Notes: generated by a model not told the origin, from the sequence alone. A stretch of 64,000 nt of DNA from Promethearchaeota archaeon (GCA_030603385.1 JAUVXW010000003.1:1-64000), one strand, 5' to 3'; shown: positions 41,495 to 52,522, counted from the stretch's first letter. Numbers and translations: made by a program.

Positions 41495-42688
41495 TTATAA
41501 CTTATTTTTTTGTATCCTCTTTAAAATATCTAAGTATTTTATAATTTCTTTAGCATCGCTTTTACCGATACAATAGTCTAACTGTTTAGTGAAGAATTGG
41601 CTCAAGATTTTCAATTGAGGGCTTGAAATTTTAAATTTATTACCCTCCTCAATTTGTTTATCTAGTATAGTATCCTTTACTTCTTCAATATTCATATTAA
41701 TTATTTGAAGTGCTATCCATTCGAAAACATCATCAATGTTTTCACTTGTTTTTGCTGAGGTTTCCATATAATATATTCCTAATTCTTTTGCCAATTCCAT
41801 GCCTTCTTCTGTAGTAATTTCTCTTGAATTACCTAAGTCTACTTTATTTCCCACCAATATTAACAATATGTTTGGAAAAGCTACTTCTGTAATAATATCA
41901 TACCATTTTTTCACATTTTCAAATGACTCTCGATCTATTATATCGAAAACTATAATACCTGCACGTGAATCAGTTAGATAATCTGGCCAAAGGCGTTGAA
42001 ATTGACTTTGACCTGCTAAATCCCAAATCATGAATCTTACAGAAGTTTTTAATTCATCAAATTGACATTCTTTTTTAGAAATAAAAGTTCCAATAGTAGC
42101 TTTATAATCTGCTTTAAATATTCCATGAACGTATCTTTGTACCATACTGGTTTTTCCTACACCACCATCACCAATTAAGCTCAATTTATAAACATAATTA
42201 GATGAAAGAGGTGCTTTCTGATAATATTCCATTTTATGTTTGATTTTTTCTACCTCAGTCTGTCTCTTAATCTTAGGCATAACTGGACTAACAGGCAACT
42301 CACCATCAATTATTCGTGCTACTTTATCAGCTGCTAAATAAGTATATGGAAAAATATCATCCACAAAAGCATTAGGGTGGAGGATAGACACTAATACATG
42401 ATCTGATCCAGATTCGCAAAAGATAAAACGAAATTTGTCTGTATCAAAAGTACCGGCACCAAAAGTACCAATATCAAAGTCTTGAGTTATTTTCTTAAGT
42501 ATTAATTCAACTAAGGCACTAAATGCTCCTACAAATTTTTTCTCATCTACATTCTCTGGATCTCGTGTTAAAATTTCTACTACTAATCCATCCTGTCCTA
42601 CTACAAGGACTGATATTAAGGATTCCCCTACTTCTTGCATGTACCATTTAAATAAAGCTTGTAATTTAGCCTTATCAATATATACCAT
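41495..42688 (-). CDS. Roadblock/LC7 domain fused to Rab-like small GTPase
   Basis: N-terminal LISVLVVGQDGLVV; GDGGVGKT, YKATIG, WDLAGQ, NKVD, ETSAK. Confidence 0.88.
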   Translation of the reverse strand: MVYIDKAKLQALFKWYMQEVGESLISVLVVGQDGLVVEILTRDPENVDEKKFVGAFSALVELILKKITQDFDIGTFGAGTFDTDKFRFIFCESGSDHVLVSILHPNAFVDDIFPYTYLAADKVARIIDGELPVSPVMPKIKRQTEVEKIKHKMEYYQKAPLSSNYVYKLSLIGDGGVGKTSMVQRYVHGIFKADYKATIGTFISKKECQFDELKTSVRFMIWDLAGQSQFQRLWPDYLTDSRAGIIVFDIIDRESFENVKKWYDIITEVAFPNILLILVGNKVDLGNSREITTEEGMELAKELGIYYMETSAKTSENIDDVFEWIALQIINMNIEEVKDTILDKQIEEGNKFKISSPQLKILSQFFTKQLDYCIGKSDAKEIIKYLDILKRIQKNKL

Positions 42689-43015
42689 TATATACCAGCC
42701 TTAATCTTTTGTTAATTATTATTTTTACTAAAAAAATCGGTCTATTTTAGTGATTATAATAGATTAATAGAGTTTGATTATTTGAATTCTTTTAAAACAA
42801 AAGGTAAAAAAAGTCAAGACAATAATTTTAATACTTGGATTTTCTTTTCTGATTCAATCACTAATAATCAGCCCTGTTAGATTTTAAAGAAGAGAAATTA
42901 ACCATTCTAAATATAATTTATACCAATAAATCACATAAAAAGTTGTATTTAACACTTTCGTTAGCGAAAAATATCAACAAAAACGGTAGAAAAGGAAAAA
43001 ATACGATTTTATCAT

Positions 43016-43948
43016 TTAGTCTAGTCCATAAACTTGCCTTGGTGCAAGATATTTTGGAAATATATTTATTAAACTCAACCTAGCAAGATAACAGAGATGA
43101 CATTCATCCACATACTCCTTCTCATGCCTAATATCAAGTTCCTTAACTAATTGAGTAGGACCTCCTCGCATTAATGGGCCGCATATTGGGTGTGAATCGG
43201 CATTATAATTCTTGATTAATTCTGATAGTGGGGTTTCCCAAAAGTTGCCAATGCTTAAACCTTGACAAATGTGTGCATTTCCAAATGGATCAACATGAAT
43301 TCTTCCAAGTTCCTTAAAATCTTCATATGGACATTCATTCAAATCTTCCCATGGTCTCTTTGGCAAACCTTCGATCAAATTTTCAACAGCTCTCCCTTTG
43401 AACATAGCTCCACCGCTAATAATAGGTTTTCCTTTTTCTTGTTCTTTCTTAACTATTGGTTCCTCAATGCTTATGGTCATCGCAGGTAGTTTTAGATTCT
43501 CAGAAGCTTTCTTGGCAATTTTTGATAGATTCTGTTTTTCATCTTCATAGTGAAATGTGTCATCACTTATACTAAAATTATCTACACCTAATTCAGCGAA
43601 TGGTTTGAGCCAAATTTCAGCATCTTCAATACTAGTTGCCCAATATGAGTTGGTTACTATTCCAACCTTAAATCCCTTCTCTTTCGCGAGTTTTGCACCT
43701 TCGACCATTATTGGATAATAAAGAAATGGTTCACCACCTTCGAAATAGATCCATTCCACGGTTTCAATTTTCTTTACCTCACTAAGAACTTCTTTGATTT
43801 GTTTTAAAGTAAATGTTCCTTGAGAACTTGGGCTGCAGTATAAAAAACAGTGATCACATGAATAATTACATGTATAGGTTAATAAGAAATGGATTCCTTT
43901 CAGCATTTTTTTTTCACTCAATATTAAGGATATTTTCATATCAAACAA
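43016..43948 (-). CDS. Radical SAM protein
   Basis: CNYSCDHC, FEGGEP, C-terminal Cys cluster. Confidence 0.9.
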   Translation of the reverse strand: MFDMKISLILSEKKMLKGIHFLLTYTCNYSCDHCFLYCSPSSQGTFTLKQIKEVLSEVKKIETVEWIYFEGGEPFLYYPIMVEGAKLAKEKGFKVGIVTNSYWATSIEDAEIWLKPFAELGVDNFSISDDTFHYEDEKQNLSKIAKKASENLKLPAMTISIEEPIVKKEQEKGKPIISGGAMFKGRAVENLIEGLPKRPWEDLNECPYEDFKELGRIHVDPFGNAHICQGLSIGNFWETPLSELIKNYNADSHPICGPLMRGGPTQLVKELDIRHEKEYVDECHLCYLARLSLINIFPKYLAPRQVYGLD

Positions 43949-44021
43949 TTTTCAATCTTAAAAAAAATTAATTAATTAGATTTCATTAAACTCTAGAAAA
44001 TTTCAAATAAATTGAGATATA

Positions 44022-45368
44022 ATGGTTGAACCAGTAAGTATGTATGAAAAATATTTTAAAGACCCTAAGCGGGAGCCTGTACTTGTAGATTATGTTAGAA
44101 CACCTATGGGTAAAAGAAGAGGTACTATTGTATGGCATAGAGGAGATGATCTTGTTGTTCATTGCTATGAAACCATATTAAAACGCAATAAAATTGATCT
44201 AAGCTCAATAGGAGATTCTATCGTTGCTTGCAATAGTCAAATTGGCGATTGCGCTTTAGATATTGGAAGAACTGCAGCATTAGCAGCTCATTTACCTGTA
44301 AGCGTACCAGGGATGTCTATAAATCGTCAATGTGCTGGTGGAGCTCAAGCTGTGATGTCCGCATGGCAGGCAATTGCCTCAGGAATCCATGATTGCGTAA
44401 TATGTGGAGGTGTAGAAGTTCAAAATAAGTATCCCATAATGTCAGATACGTATATATTTGATAGAGAACAAAATAAAGCTGTAATGATACCACCAAATAA
44501 AAAGATCCAATCAAATCCTGAGGTAGTACGAAAAGCACAAGAATATAAAGCTCAAATGGCAGATCAGATTACTGCTGCTCATTACCTTGGAGTAGTTTGG
44601 AGGGATAAATCTGGTAAATCCTTGGAAGAATTTAGAAATGAATTAGATGGCTTATCTCTACATTCTCATAAGAAAGCATGCTCCACATGGGATAAAAGAG
44701 GAAAAGAAATCGAACCTATATGGTGTCCTAAAATTGATGAGAATGGAAATCCTATGTTAAATGAAAAGAAAGAGATCGCGAAAGATCCAAGTTTGTCAGT
44801 ACTAACTGAAAAAGATGAAACTCCCCGCCCTACCACCTCAATGGAAAAATTAACAAGCTTAAGAACAATAGCTGGAAGAAAAAGTAAGGCTTTTCTAACT
44901 GCAGGTAATAGTTGTCCTACAACTGATGGTGCTGCTGCACAATTATGGATGACAAGAGAGCTAGCCGAAGAATATGGCCTTAAAATAAGAGCAGGTATAG
45001 TTAACTTCGCGGTTGTTGGAACTGATCCAGTTCTCATGCTAACTGGACCGATAAAAGCAATCCCAGAAGCTTTAAAACGAGCAAATATGACTTTAGATGA
45101 CATGGCTTTTATTGAAGTAAATGAAGCCTTTAGCCCTGTTGTATATGCTAGTTGCTATGATTTAGGATTAGATTGGAAAGATGAACGATTTAACCCATGG
45201 GGTGGGGCAATTGCTTTGGGGCATCCAACAGGGATGACCGGAACCCGTTTAATAGGTTCAAATCTTCACCAATTGGAAGAATCTGGCAAAGAATATGCAA
45301 TATCTTCAATGTGTGTAGGGTTAGGTATGGGTGCTGCCACAATTATACGAAATGAGCATCCTAAATAA
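44022..45368 (+). CDS. Acetyl-CoA acyltransferase (thiolase)
   Basis: INRQCAGG, EVNEAF, GGAIALGHP, MCVGLGMG. Confidence 0.93.
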   Translation: MVEPVSMYEKYFKDPKREPVLVDYVRTPMGKRRGTIVWHRGDDLVVHCYETILKRNKIDLSSIGDSIVACNSQIGDCALDIGRTAALAAHLPVSVPGMSINRQCAGGAQAVMSAWQAIASGIHDCVICGGVEVQNKYPIMSDTYIFDREQNKAVMIPPNKKIQSNPEVVRKAQEYKAQMADQITAAHYLGVVWRDKSGKSLEEFRNELDGLSLHSHKKACSTWDKRGKEIEPIWCPKIDENGNPMLNEKKEIAKDPSLSVLTEKDETPRPTTSMEKLTSLRTIAGRKSKAFLTAGNSCPTTDGAAAQLWMTRELAEEYGLKIRAGIVNFAVVGTDPVLMLTGPIKAIPEALKRANMTLDDMAFIEVNEAFSPVVYASCYDLGLDWKDERFNPWGGAIALGHPTGMTGTRLIGSNLHQLEESGKEYAISSMCVGLGMGAATIIRNEHPK

Positions 45369-45487
45369 GAATGTCAATAACTTTTTATTTTTTTCTCTTG
45401 CGCTATCAAATTGAATAAGTTTAAAGTTTACGATTGAATTTTAATCTTATAAAAACTTAAAAAAATTAATTTAAAGGTATAAATCTT

Positions 45488-46678
45488 ATGATAGAATTTA
45501 CAGAAGAGCAAAAATTAATTAAGCAGAGTGTTTCAGAATTTGCCCAAAGAAAAATTGCTCCAATTGCACTTGAGATGGAAAAAAACAAGGAGATTCCGCA
45601 AGACGTTATAAAAGGTATGGCAGAATTAGGTTTACTTGCATGTACAGCAGATCCTGCCTATGGAGGTTCTGGATTAGATGCCGTTACAGCAGGAGTTATC
45701 GCAGAAGAATTAGCTAAAGGAGACTGTACAGGTTCGACATGCGTGTTTTATCTAGTTCAAGCTGCATGGGGTTTTCTACTAAACAAATATGGGACTGAAG
45801 AAGCAAAAAACGAAATTTTTCCTAAAGTTACTGCAGGGGATTGGTTTCTAGGAATTGCTACTACCGAAAGTGGTGGTGGAACTGATGTTGTCGGTGGAAA
45901 AACGAATATTAAGAAGGATGGAGATTTCTTCATAGTTAATGGTGAAAAAATGTATATCAGTGGCGTACGAGAAGCAGTAACTAATGGAGGTGGTCATATT
46001 ACTATTGCTCATCAAACTCCTGAGTTAGGTTCGAGAGGAATGACCGTGTTTTACTTACCTTTAACAGCTGAGGGAATTACACCCACTTATATCGAAGATT
46101 TAGGTCGTGAAGGTATTTCATGCGGGGGATTTTCGATCGATAATGTAAAAATTCCTAAACACTATATAGTTGGTGAAGAAAATAGAGGATTTTACATCAT
46201 TCATGAAGGCTATGAGTATGCTAGAGCACTAATTGCTGTAATATGTGCTGCTGCTGGCCTGAAATCACTAGAAAATGGTATGAATTATGCGAAAGAGAGA
46301 AAGGTATTTGGACAACCATTAGCTAAATTTCAGGAGATTAATTTTAGATTAGCAGAACACTATACAAAATTAGAAATGTTAAAGCGTCTTGGTTATGAAG
46401 CGTTAAAGGCTATTGACTTAGAGCAAGAAGGAAAAGGAAATAGGTTTGAAACGAGTAAAATTGTAGCAATGGCAAAGATGTTCGCTTCGGACTGGGCTTG
46501 CGAAGCTATTAATGATGCACTTCAGTGGCAAGGGGCATTTGGTTATTCTCGAGAATGCCCAGACCAAGCAGCCTGGAGAGCAGTAAGGTCATTTTCATTA
46601 GCCGAAGGGACACGTGAAGTAATGAAAATGATAGTAGCTAGAGAGCTTCTTGGAAAAGAACTTGTTAGCTACAAATAA
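45488..46678 (+). CDS. Acyl-CoA dehydrogenase
   Basis: IATTESGGGTD, NGEKMYIS, RKVFGQPL, GAFGYS, AEGTREV. Confidence 0.93.
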   Translation: MIEFTEEQKLIKQSVSEFAQRKIAPIALEMEKNKEIPQDVIKGMAELGLLACTADPAYGGSGLDAVTAGVIAEELAKGDCTGSTCVFYLVQAAWGFLLNKYGTEEAKNEIFPKVTAGDWFLGIATTESGGGTDVVGGKTNIKKDGDFFIVNGEKMYISGVREAVTNGGGHITIAHQTPELGSRGMTVFYLPLTAEGITPTYIEDLGREGISCGGFSIDNVKIPKHYIVGEENRGFYIIHEGYEYARALIAVICAAAGLKSLENGMNYAKERKVFGQPLAKFQEINFRLAEHYTKLEMLKRLGYEALKAIDLEQEGKGNRFETSKIVAMAKMFASDWACEAINDALQWQGAFGYSRECPDQAAWRAVRSFSLAEGTREVMKMIVARELLGKELVSYK

Positions 46679-46793
46679 CTTGTTAGCAACAAATAAATTC
46701 ATTAACTTTTTTTTATATTTTTAATAGAATTTATATTAATTCATTGAAGAATTAAACAAAGTTACTGATCACAATCAAGAATTTTTTATTATT

Positions 46794-47579
46794 ATGAAAT
46801 TTATCGTATGTGTTAAGCAAGTTCCTGAATCAAACGTCCTTAAAATCGATCTAAAGACAAATAGAGTGTTGAAAGAAGGAGTTTCAACAATAATTTCGCC
46901 ATTTGATCAGTTTGCTTTAGAAGAGGCAATTAAAATAAGAAAAGACGGAGATGAAATTATTGCTATTTCAATTGGTAATCTTGAATCAAAAAGTACTTTA
47001 ATGAGGTGTTTAGCCTTAGGCGCTGATAAAGGGATATTGCTTAACGATGAGATTTTTCAAGATTCTGATACATTTGCTACATCAAATATACTTGGAGCAG
47101 CTATTAAAAAAATAGGAGATTACATCATAATTTTTTGCGGAAACTCTTCTTTTGATACTGGTACAAGCCAAGTTGGTCCTGAGTTAGCAGCAGTATTAAA
47201 TATTCCTCAGGTGACATATGCTGAAAGTACTGAAGCAGTCACAAATGGGAAAATCAAAATAAAAGTGCAAACAGACGAAGGGTATAGAATAATAGAATCA
47301 ACAGTTCCACTAGTCGTGGCATGTATCCCACCCTCTTCTTTTCAACCTCGCATACCTCCTTTGCCAAAAATTATGGCTGCCCAAAAGAAGCCGTTTGAAA
47401 TTTGGAATGCTGAAGATATTGGAGGCGATAGAAATAAATTTGGTTCTAATGGTTCCTTAATAAAAATTATAAAACTCTATGAGCCACCAAAAAGAGATCA
47501 AGGTATAGTAATTACCGACGAAGCAGATACTGCTGTAGAGAAATTAATGGAATTATTGAGTAAAGATAAGGTGATCTAA
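46794..47579 (+). CDS. etfB: Electron transfer flavoprotein beta subunit
   Basis: VCVKQVP, FDQFALEEA, DTGTSQVGP. Confidence 0.93.
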   Translation: MKFIVCVKQVPESNVLKIDLKTNRVLKEGVSTIISPFDQFALEEAIKIRKDGDEIIAISIGNLESKSTLMRCLALGADKGILLNDEIFQDSDTFATSNILGAAIKKIGDYIIIFCGNSSFDTGTSQVGPELAAVLNIPQVTYAESTEAVTNGKIKIKVQTDEGYRIIESTVPLVVACIPPSSFQPRIPPLPKIMAAQKKPFEIWNAEDIGGDRNKFGSNGSLIKIIKLYEPPKRDQGIVITDEADTAVEKLMELLSKDKVI

Positions 47580-47581
47580 TA

Positions 47582-48583
47582 GTGGTTGACTATAGAGACG
47601 TTTGGGTATTTGTAGAGTTTAAGAAGGATAATATTAGAGGAATTTCTTTTGAGTTACTAGGAAAGGCGAAAGAACTAGCAAAAAAATTGAATGAGAAAGT
47701 TTGTGTTATTCTAATTGGAAATAATATTTCAAAGTTTAAAGAAACTTTTTCTTCTCATGGGATAGATAAAATTTATTTATGTGAAAATCCAGTTTTGGGA
47801 GAATACCTCACAGAAACATATTCTTCCATCCTTGTGGATTTAACTCAAAAATATATGCCTAATATAATTTTATTTCCTGCAACCAAGATTGGGAAAGATT
47901 TAGCACCAAGAGTAGCATGTACATTAGAAACTGGTCTAACAGCGGATTGCATTGATTTAGACATTCAAGATGGTAATCTAGTACAAACACGAACAGTATA
48001 CGGTGGAAACTATTTAGCAGATATAATATGTTCCAAAACAAAACCCCAAATGGCAACAATAAGACCAAATGTAATGGAGAGATCGGAAATAACGACTAAA
48101 AACCAACCTGAAATTATTGAGTTTCTTATAGATATAGATCCTAATCAACTTCAAACAAAAGTCACAGAGAAAATTGAAACAACTGTATCCTATGTCAAAC
48201 CGATTGATGAGGCAGATATCATTGTATCCGGTGGTCGAGGAATAGGAAGTGAAGAGAACTTTAAAATCATTAATACATTAGCTGAGGTATTAAATGCAGC
48301 AGTGGGTGCTAGTAGAGCGGCTGTTGAAGCGGGATGGGTTTCAAAATCATGTCAAGTAGGACAAAGCGGGACGGTTGTTTGCCCTAATATTTATATTGCG
48401 TGTGGTATATCAGGGACAACCCAACATCTAGTTGGAATGAAAAGCAGTAAAAAGATTATTGCTATTAATAAAGATCCCAATGCACCTATATTTGAAGTAT
48501 GTGATTATGGTATAGTTGGCGATTATAAGATCATTGTTCCAATGTTAACAGAAGCATTAAAGAAAAAACTATCTCAGGATTAA
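47582..48583 (+). CDS. etfA: Electron transfer flavoprotein alpha subunit
   Basis: IVSGGRG, GASRAAV, QVGQSG, CGISG, AINKDPNAPIF. Confidence 0.95.
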   Translation: MVDYRDVWVFVEFKKDNIRGISFELLGKAKELAKKLNEKVCVILIGNNISKFKETFSSHGIDKIYLCENPVLGEYLTETYSSILVDLTQKYMPNIILFPATKIGKDLAPRVACTLETGLTADCIDLDIQDGNLVQTRTVYGGNYLADIICSKTKPQMATIRPNVMERSEITTKNQPEIIEFLIDIDPNQLQTKVTEKIETTVSYVKPIDEADIIVSGGRGIGSEENFKIINTLAEVLNAAVGASRAAVEAGWVSKSCQVGQSGTVVCPNIYIACGISGTTQHLVGMKSSKKIIAINKDPNAPIFEVCDYGIVGDYKIIVPMLTEALKKKLSQD

Positions 48584-48599
48584 ATTAATCTGAACTAGT

Positions 48600-50318
48600 T
48601 TAGGTATTGGATAAAGAAACATTCCTATAGTTTTTATTAGAACTATATGCCCACATTGCTGTTTGTAAGTTTCTACAGTGAATCCATGTATTAAAGAATT
48701 TTCTATACAATGTTAATTTGGAATACAGTTTTTTTGAACATTTTCTATGAGTTTTTAGGAAATCTTCATTTTCCATATTTTTAATATTATAAGTTAAATG
48801 TCCCATATCATAGAACTTCCAATCTTGAGGAAAATCAATATTTATAAGTCTTTCATTTTGCTGTAATTCTTTGAATAATCGTGTACCTGGTAAAGGAGTT
48901 AATATGGTAGTTTGAATAACATCAATACGATTTTTTAATATGTATTTGACTTTCCTATACATACTTTCTTTTGTTTCCGAATCAGAACCAAAAATGAATG
49001 CTCCTAAAACTGCGATTTTGTATTTATTAATTTTGTTGAAAGCTCTTTCATAATCAAGTTGGAGGTTCAATCTTTTATCCATTACTTTAAGTTCTTCTGG
49101 ATCAGCGGATTCTAATCCTAAGAATACCATTTTACATCCTGCTTTCGCTGCCCATTTTATGACTTCTTCATTGCTTCCAAAATTTAATGAAGCTTGGCAG
49201 AACCATGTTTTATTCAATTTTCTCTCCACCATTCCTTTAAAAAGGTTAATTGTTCTCTCTTCAGCGCTTTTACCATATCCAAGAATATTATCATCCACAA
49301 AGAAAATCATTCTTTGAGGCATTTGTTCCAATTCATCTAATACTTCCTCGTAGGGGCGTTGCCTATATTTTCTTCCATTAAATGCACTTACCGAACAGAA
49401 GTAACAATCCATAGGACAACCTCTTGAAGTTTGTAAAGTCCCAAATAAATATTTATTACTATATATCTTCCTATTAGGGATAACAGTATTCTCTAAGTCT
49501 AAATGAACACCTTCATATTTCTTTTTTAATTTATTGTTAAGAAAATCCTTTATAACTGTAGGCCAAATACTCTCTGCTTCTCCTATTACAACAGAGTCAA
49601 CGTACTCCAAAGTTTCTTCGGGAACCATTGAAGCATGTATTCCCCCCATAATAACGGGTATATTTTTATTTTTATAATGAGCAGCAATTTTATAGGCACG
49701 GTTTGCAACTGAAGTAAATGCTGTTATACCAACAAGATCGGCGTCTTCATACTTAAAATTTTCAAAATTTTCATCAATTAATTTAATTTTAAAGATGTTG
49801 GGAGTTAAGGCGGCTATTATTCCTAAACCTAAAGGTGGAAATGTTGAGGATGGATTTATTGTTAATCCTGCTACATCTTTATTTACAGGATTTATTAATA
49901 AGAGTTTCTTTTTTTCTGGTTTTTCATCAATTTCAATAGGTCTTATCGTAATTTCAAATTGTTTTTTTAGATCTCGAATTAAAATGTAAATTCCTGAAAA
50001 GTAAAACACTAAACTAATGAAATAAACAATAAAGAATAGTAATAAAGCAATTACATTTGTAAAAAGAAAAATGCTATTGATTATTATTGTAGGTAATGAG
50101 AAGAATAAAATCGGGATCATGAATGGTGATTTATTTTTTATTTTAACAACCACACTTTTATTCTGTGCTGTCTCTTTAAGCCCAGAAAGATATGGCATAG
50201 GGTAAAATATTATAAAAGAAGGGATTATTATCCAGATATATTCTTGTATTAAAAAAATCGTAATTAAAATCATGGAAATTAAAAATGCAAATAAAGGGTA
50301 AATATACTTTAATCTCAA
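48600..50318 (-). CDS. B12-binding radical SAM protein with N-terminal transmembrane helices
   Basis: Hydrophobic N-terminal region (about 115 aa); PPLGL, MGGIHAS, GEAE, TSRGCPMDCYFC, TPLPGT. Confidence 0.88.
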   Translation of the reverse strand: MRLKYIYPLFAFLISMILITIFLIQEYIWIIIPSFIIFYPMPYLSGLKETAQNKSVVVKIKNKSPFMIPILFFSLPTIIINSIFLFTNVIALLLFFIVYFISLVFYFSGIYILIRDLKKQFEITIRPIEIDEKPEKKKLLLINPVNKDVAGLTINPSSTFPPLGLGIIAALTPNIFKIKLIDENFENFKYEDADLVGITAFTSVANRAYKIAAHYKNKNIPVIMGGIHASMVPEETLEYVDSVVIGEAESIWPTVIKDFLNNKLKKKYEGVHLDLENTVIPNRKIYSNKYLFGTLQTSRGCPMDCYFCSVSAFNGRKYRQRPYEEVLDELEQMPQRMIFFVDDNILGYGKSAEERTINLFKGMVERKLNKTWFCQASLNFGSNEEVIKWAAKAGCKMVFLGLESADPEELKVMDKRLNLQLDYERAFNKINKYKIAVLGAFIFGSDSETKESMYRKVKYILKNRIDVIQTTILTPLPGTRLFKELQQNERLINIDFPQDWKFYDMGHLTYNIKNMENEDFLKTHRKCSKKLYSKLTLYRKFFNTWIHCRNLQTAMWAYSSNKNYRNVSLSNT

Positions 50319-50456
50319 TAGTTTAAACCTCTTTTGGGCGCATTTGGATTAGATTTCTTTCTTAGAATATTAAATTTTATGAAATGATCTTAAGTTATTT
50401 GAATTTTAGAAAATTAAAAAAGTCTAAGAAGATTTTTTAAATACCTATAATTCATT

Positions 50457-51686
50457 TTGACTATGAATAAAGTTGCAATAATTGGAGTAGGACATACCAA
50501 ATTTGGAAGATTGCAAGATAAAGGATTGATGGATCTTTTATGTGAAGCATCTCTAGAAGCTATTGAAAATTCTAATACTAGTAACAAAGATTTTGATTCA
50601 GTATATGTTGGAGCAATGAGTCCAGAAATCTTTAATCAAACCTCAGGTATTGCAAGTGCTCTTGTTGATAGAATTAGTTTAATTCCTGCCGCTGCAGATC
50701 ATATCAAAAATGGACCTGCGAGTGGAGGGTCAGCAGTTAAAGCTGGTTTTCAAGCAATTGCTTCCGGAATTAGTGATTTAGTATTAGTGGTCGGAGGTGA
50801 AAAAATGACTCATATTACAACTCCTGGTTATGTTACTTCAAATGTAGCTACTTTAACCCATCCCGAAGCAGAACGGCCTCATGGAGTTTCCCTTCCATCC
50901 TTTGCCGGATTATTAACACGAGCTTATCTAGAAAAATACGATGCTAAACTTGATTGGATTTCAGATATAGCACTTAAAAATCATAAAAATGGAACAATGA
51001 ATCCGAATGCGCATTTTCAGCGGACTATTGAGAGCTTTATGGAAAGTGCTATTAAGAAAGGTAAAGGAAATTGGGATAATGTTTATGATTTCCTTAAAGA
51101 TGATAAATCCAATCCTATTATTGCTGACCCATTAAGACTTTTTCATATTTGTCCCATCTCAGATGGGGCAGCAGCTTTGGTTTTATGTAATGCTGAAAAG
51201 GCTAAAGATTTTTGTGATACCCCCATTAATATTTCTGGGATTGGTCAAGCAACTGATACCCACATCGTATTTGAACGCGAAGATCTTACTACATTAAAGG
51301 CTTTAAGATTATGTTCAGCTCAGGCATATAAAATGGCAAATAAAACCCCCGAAGATATAAATGTAGCAGAACTACATGATGCTTTCGAAATTCTTGAAGC
51401 TGTTCAATCAGAAGATATTGGGTTTTTCAAAAAGGGAGAAGGGGCAAAAGCAGCTCATGACGGATTAACAGAAATTGGAGGTAAAATCCCTATAAATCCA
51501 TCAGGAGGGTTAAAAGCCAGAGGACATCCTTTAGGTGCAACAGGTATTGCTCAGGTTGTGGAGTTAGTATGGCAATTAAGAGGGGAAGCTGGGAAACGAC
51601 AAGTTGATGGAGCAGAAACGGGTATTACATGTAATTTTGGAGGGTTTGGTAATAATATAATTTCAATTTTAGTAGAGAGAATGTAA
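50457..51686 (+). CDS. Thiolase, SCP2/archaeal AcaB-like
   Basis: AELHDAF, NPSGGLKARGHPLGATG; the usual N-terminal Cys region reads NGPASGG. Confidence 0.88.
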   Translation: MTMNKVAIIGVGHTKFGRLQDKGLMDLLCEASLEAIENSNTSNKDFDSVYVGAMSPEIFNQTSGIASALVDRISLIPAAADHIKNGPASGGSAVKAGFQAIASGISDLVLVVGGEKMTHITTPGYVTSNVATLTHPEAERPHGVSLPSFAGLLTRAYLEKYDAKLDWISDIALKNHKNGTMNPNAHFQRTIESFMESAIKKGKGNWDNVYDFLKDDKSNPIIADPLRLFHICPISDGAAALVLCNAEKAKDFCDTPINISGIGQATDTHIVFEREDLTTLKALRLCSAQAYKMANKTPEDINVAELHDAFEILEAVQSEDIGFFKKGEGAKAAHDGLTEIGGKIPINPSGGLKARGHPLGATGIAQVVELVWQLRGEAGKRQVDGAETGITCNFGGFGNNIISILVERM

Positions 51687-51775
51687 TAGTTATAATTAAA
51701 ATTTAAAATATTATAAATCCTAAGTGTTTAATTTAAAATTTATCTTAATTTTAATCTTAAAAAAGCAATTGTATA

Positions 51776-52438
51776 TTAGTTAATCACTTTAAATTGAAGT
51801 TCTGTGCCATTTTTATCAAAACATTTAATATGGTTTATACTATATGGAAAACCTACAATAAAATGAAATCTGTTTCCTTTAAATACACTATTTAAATCTT
51901 GTAAAGAAGGGAATACATTTCCAGATGGATGTGAATGAATGGTTCCTTGATAATATCGATTTATTGGAATTCTACTCGGAAAAAATACTCCTGAATTTCT
52001 TGAAGTAATTGCGCCTGGAGGTAATATAAATTCTGAAAATACATTTTTATCCATTTCAAGGATTCCTAAAAATTCTTTTGGATGATGCGCCCGACATAAC
52101 GCTAAAAACCCCTCTAATAAATCCCTTTTTATTTTGACCGTATTTGATTGTAGATCCTCTAAAATATAAATAATTTCATTAATAACATTTAAAATAGACT
52201 TAGTCTTAATTATTTTCCAATTTTTTAAAGAAGTGATATCATTATTTAATTTTTTATAAACTGTCCCAGATTTAATAAGCTTAACTTTTGGTTTTTTAGG
52301 ATATTTAGAATAGTCAATTTCTAACATAATCCCCTTTATTAATCCAATTTTAATATGTGAAATTTTATTTTCAATAGTTTCAGCGTTAGGAAAATGTTCT
52401 ATAATTTTTTGATATTGTATCTCAATTTCTTTAATCAT
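51776..52438 (-). CDS. UBC/RWD-like domain fused to JAB/MPN+ (JAMM) metalloprotease
   Basis: C-terminal E...HSHPSGNVFPSLQD (HxH-x7-S-x2-D); N-terminal LEIDYSKYPKKPKV resembles the YP..P motif of UBC/RWD folds. Confidence 0.75.
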   Translation of the reverse strand: MIKEIEIQYQKIIEHFPNAETIENKISHIKIGLIKGIMLEIDYSKYPKKPKVKLIKSGTVYKKLNNDITSLKNWKIIKTKSILNVINEIIYILEDLQSNTVKIKRDLLEGFLALCRAHHPKEFLGILEMDKNVFSEFILPPGAITSRNSGVFFPSRIPINRYYQGTIHSHPSGNVFPSLQDLNSVFKGNRFHFIVGFPYSINHIKCFDKNGTELQFKVIN

Positions 52439-52522
52439 TATGTAAATATAATTACGATTTTAAAAGAATGTTTTCTATTTTGGAAATAATATTACTTATG
52501 GAAAGAAGTGAATGTGTTAGTT

